NCBI GenBank assembly: GCA_027031765.1
Contig: JALVPN010000067.1
Location: 3,968 to 35,967 of the forward strand
Reading direction: 5' to 3'
From: Promethearchaeota archaeon
GTDB lineage: Archaea; Asgardarchaeota; Thorarchaeia; Thorarchaeales; Thorarchaeaceae
Length of the DNA: 32,000 bases
Shown here piece after piece: positions 1-8,900 of the stretch. The notes under the pieces are model-generated. The model did no database searches and was not told the origin of the DNA. It was given only the letters and a program-made list of their open reading frames with translations. The position numbers and the translations under genes were made by a program. The first letter of the stretch is position 1. Every line of letters begins with the position of its first letter.

Positions 1-531
1 AACAATGCATGCATACCTCACGAGGTTCTCACCGGCAATACCAATCCGTGCGATGGCATACTTGTCACTCACCATCGACCGGTCAATGAGTCGGTAGCAC
101 TCCTCTGTGTCCGTCCCCCAGAGCTCGCCGGCGTCACGTATCTCGACCTCCGCCCCACGGACGACAATATAGCACGGCGACTCGGCACGGCCAGTTATGA
201 GTATCCCGTCGTAGCCAGCACGCCTGATCCCGGTTGGCAGACGGCCCCCGAACACACTGTACCCGAGGAGGCCTGTGAGGGGTGAACGTGCACACACCAC
301 AGCCTTGCTGCTTGTCGGGACCCGTGTCCCAGTGAGGGGGCCGGTGATGAAGAGCAGGGGGTTCTCGGCCCCGAGCGGGTCGGTCGTGGCACCTATCATG
401 TCCCAGAGCAGCCTGGTACCGAGGCCCACCCCACCAAGGAAGTCCCGGAGCAGGTCGGGGTCGAGGGTGACGATGTCGGTGGAGGCGATGGTCAGGTCTA
501 TGTTGAGGAGGCGCCCCCAGTAGCCATACAC
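1..531 (-). CDS. aor: Aldehyde:ferredoxin oxidoreductase family protein (tungstopterin AOR family), N-terminal part; runs off the left edge
   Basis: Not in the ORF track (no stop in window). Manual translation from GTG at 531: MYGYWGRLLNIDLT...FLGGVGLGTRLLWD...DPLGAENPLLFITGPLTGT...ARSPLTG...GYDGILITGRAESPCYI...ELWGTDT...IGIAGENLVRYACIV. These are AOR N-terminal domain motifs. GGAGAGG upstream of the start, 12 nt after the ADH stop. Confidence 0.9.
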   Translation of the reverse strand, partial: MYGYWGRLLNIDLTIASTDIVTLDPDLLRDFLGGVGLGTRLLWDMIGATTDPLGAENPLLFITGPLTGTRVPTSSKAVVCARSPLTGLLGYSVFGGRLPTGIRRAGYDGILITGRAESPCYIVVRGAEVEIRDAGELWGTDTEECYRLIDRSMVSDKYAIARIGIAGENLVRYACIV

Positions 532-543
532 GAGTGGCCTCTC

Positions 544-1716
544 CTAGAAGTCGATACTACGTCCCTCCCACATGTACTCGAAGAACCTGCGAATGTCGGC
601 CTCACTTGGTGAGCGAGGGTTCATTGTCAGGCTGGAGTCGGCCATGCAGAACTCGACGAGGGACTGTATCTTTGAGGCGAACGTGTCCTCTGGGATACCA
701 GCCGCACGGATGTTCGTTGGGACGCCAACATCAGACATCAACTGGCGCGTGCGAGTGGCAAAGCGGAGTGACACATCGTGTGGGTCGCCACCATGGATAC
801 CGACAGCAGCTGCAAGTCCTGCATACTGTCTGGCGACACTCTCGTCCTGCCGGTGGTTGTACTCGACCGTATAGGGAAGGGCAAGGCCGACAGCCAGGCC
901 GTGGTGGAGGCCCAGGACAGGGCCCATGGAGTGGCCCAACGAGTGTGCGAGTGCGACCTGGGAATTACTGAACGCCATGCCAGCAAGGCAGGCGGCAACA
1001 AGCATGTTCTCACGGGCCGCGAGGTCGTCCGGGGAGTCGACAGAGCGTGGCAGCCACTCGAACACCATCCGGACAGCCTGGACGGCGCAGGCGTCAGAAA
1101 AGGGGTTCTTCCATTGTGACACATAGGCCTCTACGGCATGACAGAGTGCATCCATGCCGGTGTTGGCAGTGAGCGTCGGTGGGAGCGACCTTGTCAGTGA
1201 TGGGTCGAGAATGGCTATGTCGGGGACGAGCTCACGGTTGGACGTCCCCATCTTGCGACCGGTCTCGTCCTCACGTATTACGATGGCCTTTGTGACCTCG
1301 GACCCTGTGCCGGTAGTCGTGGGGACGCAGATCAGTCTGGCCCGGTTGCGCAGGTCGAGGGGTTGCAGTGGTGACACGGCCTGGATGTCCATCTGGGGGT
1401 GCTCGTAGAGAATCCATGCGGCCTTCGCAGTGTCCATGACACTACCACCACCCACGGCAATAATCCAGTCAGGACCGAACCTGCGCATTGCATCCGCAGC
1501 CTCGCGCACCAAGGACTCAGTAGGGTCTGACTGTACCTGGTCCCAGACAGCGATTGACCACCTGCGACGGGACAGGGTCTCGACAATCCTGTCCGGGATG
1601 CCCAGGCGATACACGGTGCGGTCAGTCACTATGAATGCCCTGCAGCCGCAGATTGACTCCACTTCGGACAGGGCGTCCTCTCCAAAGACGACCTTTGGGA
1701 TATCGAACCACCACAA
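544..1716 (-). CDS. Iron-containing alcohol dehydrogenase
   Basis: GGGSVMDTAK, PTTTGTGSEVT, DALCHAVEAY, HSLGH and HHGLAVG metal/NAD(P) motifs. TTG start preceded by GGAGGT. Confidence 0.93.
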   Translation of the reverse strand: MWWFDIPKVVFGEDALSEVESICGCRAFIVTDRTVYRLGIPDRIVETLSRRRWSIAVWDQVQSDPTESLVREAADAMRRFGPDWIIAVGGGSVMDTAKAAWILYEHPQMDIQAVSPLQPLDLRNRARLICVPTTTGTGSEVTKAIVIREDETGRKMGTSNRELVPDIAILDPSLTRSLPPTLTANTGMDALCHAVEAYVSQWKNPFSDACAVQAVRMVFEWLPRSVDSPDDLAARENMLVAACLAGMAFSNSQVALAHSLGHSMGPVLGLHHGLAVGLALPYTVEYNHRQDESVARQYAGLAAAVGIHGGDPHDVSLRFATRTRQLMSDVGVPTNIRAAGIPEDTFASKIQSLVEFCMADSSLTMNPRSPSEADIRRFFEYMWEGRSIDF

Positions 1717-1794
1717 ACGCGGCGACCTCCAGACTGTGTAGAGGGCAATCGGTGAAACAGCGCCCCTGCTACAGTGGGACTGGGAACGATTACT

Positions 1795-2892
1795 TCAATC
1801 CTTCGAATGGATTACGGATGCGTTGATGTTTCTGAGCGTGGACACTGCCCCTGCAACAATGTCCTCGACCAGCGACGCAACACTTGGGAGGTCGTTGATG
1901 CGGCCGACCACTTCGCCACCGAACATGAGTGCAGAGTCCTCGTCACCGTCCAGGAGGGCGTCGAAGCCGTCCCGCTCGAGAGATAGTATCTCCTCGTTCG
2001 ACTCGACGGGCTCGCCCAAGAAGAACCGCGGTGCGTCCTTGATGGTGCGCTCAACTATCATCTCGGCACGCCGGTTGCGGAGGAACCGCATTGGGCCAAA
2101 CAGGCCGCGACCGGTCAGCGTCTGCCGCTCCTCGCGTCTCACCACGGCCTCTTTCCAGACGGGCTCAAAGTCGCTCTCGCGAGTGGCTATGAACCGGGTC
2201 CCCATCTGAATCCCCTTGGCACCTAGGCACAGTGCTGCTGCAAGGGTGGCGCCGTCACAGAAACCCCCGGCAGCCACGACAGGAGTCCGCACGACCCGGG
2301 CAACTGCCGGGACGAGCACCATGGAATGTACGGGCTCCCACGAGACATGGGCCCCGCCCTCATGCCCGGATGCCACAATTATGTCCACTCCGGCACGCTC
2401 TGCCTTCTTTGCGTGATAGACGGACGGGACAACGTGTATCCAGACAAGACCATGCCGGCGCACCCCGGCCCACGGTGCAGGGTTTCCGGCCGAGGTTATC
2501 AGGACGCGCAGGTGCCTGGCGACCTGGGAGTCGGACTCCACCGTCTCGACCACCTTCTCGACGAACATCTTGGATGCCGGCACGAACTCGGAGGCAACGG
2601 GTACATTGACGCCGAACACGCCCCCCGACCCGCGCAGAGCCTCAGTGACCCGGCGTATGGAGGTCTCAAGTAGCACCTCCGGTGGGTCCGGGCCAAAGAG
2701 GCGGATGGGGTCGATGGGTGCAGCGTTGGGGAGGATGGTGGCAGCCATGCCAATACTGCTTATGACACCCAGCGCTCCGGCGCGGGATACGGCGATGGCC
2801 AGTCGTTCCGTCTTGTACGGCCCCATGCCACCTTGGAGTATTGGGTGACAGATGCCAATCACGTCGCAGATCTCTGTCCTGATGAGGGCCAT
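1795..2892 (-). CDS. Nitronate monooxygenase / FabK-like FMN-dependent TIM-barrel oxidoreductase
   Basis: ILQGGMG, HVVPSV, GHEGGAH, VVAAGGFCDG..LAAALCLGAKGIQMGTRFIATRES are typical of the NMO/enoyl-ACP reductase II family. GGAG upstream of the ATG. Confidence 0.88.
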   Translation of the reverse strand: MALIRTEICDVIGICHPILQGGMGPYKTERLAIAVSRAGALGVISSIGMAATILPNAAPIDPIRLFGPDPPEVLLETSIRRVTEALRGSGGVFGVNVPVASEFVPASKMFVEKVVETVESDSQVARHLRVLITSAGNPAPWAGVRRHGLVWIHVVPSVYHAKKAERAGVDIIVASGHEGGAHVSWEPVHSMVLVPAVARVVRTPVVAAGGFCDGATLAAALCLGAKGIQMGTRFIATRESDFEPVWKEAVVRREERQTLTGRGLFGPMRFLRNRRAEMIVERTIKDAPRFFLGEPVESNEEILSLERDGFDALLDGDEDSALMFGGEVVGRINDLPSVASLVEDIVAGAVSTLRNINASVIHSKD

Positions 2893-2916
2893 GACTAACG
2901 GGTGTGCTCCGCTGTG

Positions 2917-2925
2917 ATTTAATTA
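2917..2925 (-). promoter_or_regulatory. Candidate TATA box for the NMO-ADH-AOR run
   Basis: Minus strand TAATTAAAT, an AT-rich island about 25 nt upstream of the ATG at 2892 in GC-rich DNA. Confidence 0.35.
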
Positions 2926-2962
2926 CTGGGTGTCCGCTGACGAGCGTGCATGACATGCGAGG

Positions 2963-5900
2963 CTAGTAGTCATGGTCATCCCCGGGGCCACGGCTGTGGT
3001 CACTATTACCATCACTGTAGCTGTCACTGTCACTGTAACTATGACTGTCAGTGTAACTGTCATCGTCACTGTAACTGTAACTGTCATCCGGGGACCCATC
3101 ACTAGGACGACCGGTATGGTCTGGTGCGCCCGCCGCGTCATGGTGGGGACCGTCAGATGTCGCAGCAAAGGCCCTGCCCGTGTCGCTGTGGCCGTCCTCG
3201 GTGGGCCGTCCCTGTGTCTGGTCGTCAGGCTGGTGCTCCACGGTGACCCCCGCATCTGCAATCTCCTGTAGCGAGGTTGGGGACTGGTGCTTGCGGAGGT
3301 AGCCAGTAGCCCTGTCAGCAGCCTTGAGTATCTTTGAGGTGACAAAGGGGATGACGACGAGGAAGAGCACCGGCATGAGTACGATGACACCAAGAGCATA
3401 GCTCCGGAGAAAGTCCATGGTGCTGACGGTGGTACCCGCGAGCACTACGAGGAACATGAAGAACTTGATGCGGATCGAGGAGCCAGTCTTGTCCACCAGG
3501 TCCATCCGCTCCTCCTCCAAGACGGATGCTGGTGTGCCCGACTCTCGCATGTGGTCGAGCTTTGCAATGCTCCTGCTCAGCTCCTTGTAGAGGTTGACGA
3601 CCACTACCACTATGGACGACACGTAGGTGACGAATACCGTGAGCATTATTGTGGGCACTGCAACACCACCTACCGTGAACGCCTCACGCAACACGTAGTA
3701 TTCGAACCACTCGATGTGCTTGCCCCACGCGAAGATCTGTAGCACCACGAGCGGCACGAACACCAGGTGCCAGAGACCAAAGACCATGCGTCGTGTGCTG
3801 ACATGTCCGGTGTCGAGGATTGCAGAGTTCGCGTCCCGGTAGAGCCAGATGCCATAGAGGAGGACCGAGATACCGAGTAGGAGGACGCTCTCAGCCACTG
3901 CCAGCGAGTACTGGCCCGCCTCTGCGGACAGCACCGAGTGCAGGAGGACGAGGCCGGCAAGGGCAACAATGGACACGTATATGATGTCCATGCGCCTTAT
4001 GCTGCGGTGCAGGTCCTTGCCCGTGCCGCGGGCCGAGATTGACGAGGACACCTTGAAGTAGATGAGGAACCCGACCAGACTTATGAGGAAGGAGAGCCCG
4101 CTACCAAGTGTGAAGGTCTCGGGGCTCATCGATATCTCGGGCGGTCGGACGCCGATGTAGACCGCCTCGACTGTGCTGCCGGGCTCGCATACCGTGCCGC
4201 TTGCGCTGACATGGATGTCGTAGGTGCCGTGCCCCTCAGCCGGTAATGTGAACACTGCCACGTACTTGCCGGCAGTGGATGTTTCCGTCGCATTCAGCAC
4301 CTGGTCCTGGAAGGACACTGTGATGGAGAGGTTGCTGAGCGGTTCGCCATACAGGTCGGTGGCCCATACCGTTACTGCGACCGTGTCGCCCTGCACGGGG
4401 GTCTCCGGTGACAACTCCACGACCAGCACCGGCTGCCCCTTCACAATGATGAGACCCTGTACGGTGTGACTGTAGTCGACCAATGGATGTGCAATCACCA
4501 CCATGTACTCGTATTGACCGGGCTGCCAGCCCACGGTGGACAGTGTGGTCACGAATGTGCCGTTGTCAAGGCCATCCAAGTTAGACATGGAGTCGCGTAT
4601 CACAATGCTGACCGATATGTTGGGGACGGGGTTGCCAGCAGTGTCAAAGAGGTTGACGACAAAGTGAATACTGTCCTCGCCCTGCACGAACTCCGTAGAG
4701 TTGGAGGGCGACACCACACTGACAACAGCCTCACTGCGCACCCCTACTGTCGTATGGTAGTCACTCGGTACAACGTACCGCCCGCTGAGCTGTACGACCA
4801 GGGGATACTCCCTTGGCGGCCCTGAAACGGGCAGTGTGACGGACAGCGTGTTGCTCCCAGAGTGGTGTCCCGAGAGCACCTGGCCCTGGAATGTCAGCGT
4901 CCAGTTGAACTCTGTCACCGGGTTCATGTACAGGTCGGTTGCCACGACCGTGAACGTCACGACATCGCCGACACGCACGGGCGTGCCATACTCGACACTG
5001 ATGGTAGCATGGCCAGTAACGACCAGTTCAAGGTACTGTTCCACTGCGTACAGGTGGCTGTGGACCACTGTGAGACGTACGGAGTACGTGCCGAGTGGCA
5101 GGCCGACAGTACTGATGTCGAGGGCATAGACACCAGGCGATACTGCCACAAGCCGGTATGAACTGCCATGGAGGTGGATGGTACAGTTGACGCCCGCTAT
5201 CAGGTCACCAATACCATCTGTCACATTGACAATGAAGGGGACACTCGTACCCTGCGCTGTGACACTCCCCTGGGCTGGTGAGACCACGGTCACATTTGCA
5301 GTACTGTACACGTGTACTGTCCACGAGCTGTTCACAGTGGCCACGTGGGGTCCAGAAACAGTCAGGGAGAGGTCATACACCCCTGGCGCCACTGCGGGGG
5401 TCCAGCCCCACACGAGGACATAGTCATCGGACGTACCGGAAACGGTAATAGAGTCACCAAAGGCAATGGTGTAGGAGAACCCATTGACAGGGCTACCATA
5501 CTGGTCGGTGACCGTGAACTTGAACTGTGCGGGCTCGGTGTTGCGCAGTGGGCTGGGATCAGTGACGAGGCTGACCGTGGGAGTGCCTTGGAGCAGGAGC
5601 TCACCTGTTGTCGCCCATTCGGCCATGAACTCGTGTTCGACAGACACCGTGTAGTTGTACGTCCTCAGAGGCAGGCCCACAGTGGCAACAAGGCCGGAGT
5701 ACACACCGTCCCCGACCTCGTCCAGGAAGTACGTACCACCATTCAGTGACACATGCACGGTTGCTCCGGTGACCAGGTATCCGGCGAGGTCACGCAGCAC
5801 GAGTGTGAAGTTCACAGCATCGCCTTGGGCAACGGTCACACTGGGGGCCGGTGACACGAAGGAAACATTGCTCATACCAAGGACTCTGATTGTGGTGGTC

Positions 5901-8900
5901 TGCAACGACAGGTAGACATAGTCACCGACAAAGGACATGTTGAGGACGTGCTCACCCGGTGGGAGGTCTGGCTGGAATGTCCAGGACAGTGAGTACGAGT
6001 TTGAGGTGCCTGAGGTACTGATGGTGCCACCGAGCACGAGGCTGTAGTTGAAGGTGGAGAGCGGGTTCCCATATATGTCCGTCACCGTGAGGTTGATGGT
6101 CGTGGTCATATGGTTCAGGACAACGTCAGGGATGTCGACGGTCGCCTCAGCCCATCCAAGGACTGTGAGGTTGACGCTGACAGTATGTGAGAAGAGATAG
6201 TAGTGCTCAACAGACACGACCACAAGGTACTGACCGGGGGAGTAGCCCGTGGTATCCAAGGTCACGTTGTAGTCCCCGGTGGGCCTGTTCTGGAAGGACA
6301 GGCTCTCTGGGCTCACTGCGGTGACAGTGGCATCGGACACGACCTCTCCGTACCAGTCGGTCACGTTGACGACCATGTGGAGCTCCTCGCCCTGTGCTAT
6401 CGTCCATCCCGGTGTGACCGTGAGTGTCACAGAGGCCTGTGAGAACACCTCGATGTCGAAGGCCTCCACATAGTCATAGGCGAGGGTTGCACCAGCATAC
6501 ACCTTGAAGGACTGTGGGCCAATCGTATAGTTCGCAGTGACGTTGACACGGTACTCAGCACCACCCACGTGTGATGCCGTGAAGTTCACACCGTTGACCT
6601 CGACCTTCACCCAGCCACCTGACGGTACCTCCTCGAACTCGTCGTAGAGCAACACAGAAACAGAGAAGTCTGTGCCCGCTGTGACGACATCGTCATATGT
6701 GACCCCCGGGTCGAGGGCACCACGTACGGCCATATGGTACGACCCAAAGGATGTGCCGTCAACGAACGGGTGGGTTACAAATACCTCGACCGTGTAGTTC
6801 CCAATCGGGAAGTCAGCCGTGTCGTTGAGGAAGTAAGCGCCGGGCGCAACTTCGTCGAGGCGCAGCTCTGTGCCCGCGACCTCGACCCTGACGGTCGCGT
6901 TGACTATGGCGTTGTCAAACGGGTCGGTGATGTTGAGCCATGTCGTAAACACAGAGTACTGGTCGACGACCACAGGAGACTCCCGCGCAATCACCAGCTC
7001 AGAAGCCACCACAGACACAACACGTGTGGCATTGGCCGGTCCGACCGCAAACCTGTGCTCGGCCCGGACAAGGAGTGTGTGGTGACCGGGCGCCACCGTC
7101 ACGTTGTCAATGACCGTGTAGTAACCAGAACTGGACGGTGCAGCGGGGTACTCGTGGCCATCGAACAGCACCGTCACATTGGCATCACTGATCTGACTGC
7201 CGAAGCTGTCGGACACTGACACGTTGATGTGTAGCGACTCGGTCTGGAGCACCTCGGACTCTGAGAACACGCTCACCGTCAGGGGGGAGTGCACCTCGAC
7301 GGCACCTGGCAGCTCGATGGCGACGTCGGTGTAGTGGGAGTGCAGGACGGAAACGGTCAGGTTCACGAGCCCTATTGGCCAGTTGCACGGGATGTCCCCA
7401 GTGTAGTTGCCCGATGGTGCGTCATACACGAGGCCAAACACCTGAGACGAGACGCTGCCACTCTGGAGGTAGTAGGCGGTCACCGTGACCGACGAGTCGG
7501 CGACCACTTCGTCGTAGGCGTTAGTGACCGTGATGTCCGCTGACACCACGCTGCCCTGGACCACGACCGAGGCGCTCAGTCCCACGTCCACATCCAGTCC
7601 ATAGAGCAGGTCGATGTTGCGTACGACACCGAATGTGTGGCGGGCACGGAACACAGGGAACGTAGCAATGTCAGTCCCGGCGCCAGCATCTACACTGTCC
7701 ACGGGAATCAGGTTGTACAGGACACCAATCTCCGCGTCACAGTCTATGGAACCGTCCATGCCAACGGCGTAGAGGAAGTTGTCAGAGGTCGACAGCACGA
7801 GTTCGCAGGCCTCGTCACCATCAAAGTCCAGAACCGCACCAGACACAGGCTCAGCATCGCTCACATATCTTGACCACACGGTGTTCCCACCACTCGATGG
7901 GGCAATCATGGTAAGGTATCCGGACTCGTCCAAGAGCAGCAGCTCGTCAGTGTTGTCAGCATCAGCATCGTATGTGAAGACACGGGTGGCATGGCTCCCA
8001 GACCAGGTGTACACAGGCCCGCTCCCGACCACCATAGTAGTGTCGCCAATCATGCAGATATAGTTGACTGGAGTGTCACCACTCCAAGAGTGGAAGACTG
8101 CTGCGAGAGTGTTGGCCTCCGTACTGCCGTTGCGGAACGGCAAGACCACCAGTGGGGTGTCACCAACAGCACCACCGGGGGACGCGTAGTCAAGGTGGCG
8201 GTACAGTGAGAGAGTGTTGGCCTCGTACAGGTCAATGGCGCCAGAGTCCCACAGGAGCGCAATCTCTGGGTGCTCACCACTCAGTACGGCATGTGAAGTG
8301 CCCACCAGTGAGGCATTGCCCGCGACCGTCGTCGTGTTCAGCGAGAACTGGTCATCGACACGGAAGAGGTACCTTGCCGTCCGGTTGGCCACGACGAAGT
8401 GCAGCTCCTCTGTCTGGTCACCATCATCATCAAACACCTGGAGCATCCGACTGCTCATCATTGGTCGCGCCGGCAGCTGCAAGGTCCGCCATAAGGTGTA
8501 GTTGGTCCCATGGTAGGCCCACATGAAAGTCATGCTCTTGTTCGTGGCCATCACAATGGGGTCGCGTATAGCGTCGCCATCTATGTGCGCAAAGTACACT
8601 TCAAACGCGTCCTTGTCCCACGCACCGGTCACGTTGATGTCACTGATGTGAGTACCATTGGTATAGTGGACATGCACAACTGCCTGCTGAGAGGGAGTGT
8701 GCGTGACGATCCCGGCCATTATGTCGTCCCCGAAACTCTCGTCCGAGACCGCCAGGACATGTAGACGGGCCTCGTCGATAGTGGCATTGTAGTCAGCATG
8801 GCTTGCGAAGTGCCCCTCAACAACGTACTGGTGAGGACTCGACACATTCCCGTACCGGTACGTGTTGAGGTACTGGTCCACGACCTCAATGTAGTACGAC

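Noticed and set aside
2923-3399. ORFs 2972..3271 (+, VTVTVT) and 2923..3399 (-) with low-complexity translations
   Set aside because: Alternative-frame shadows of the hexamer repeat in the giant gene's tail.
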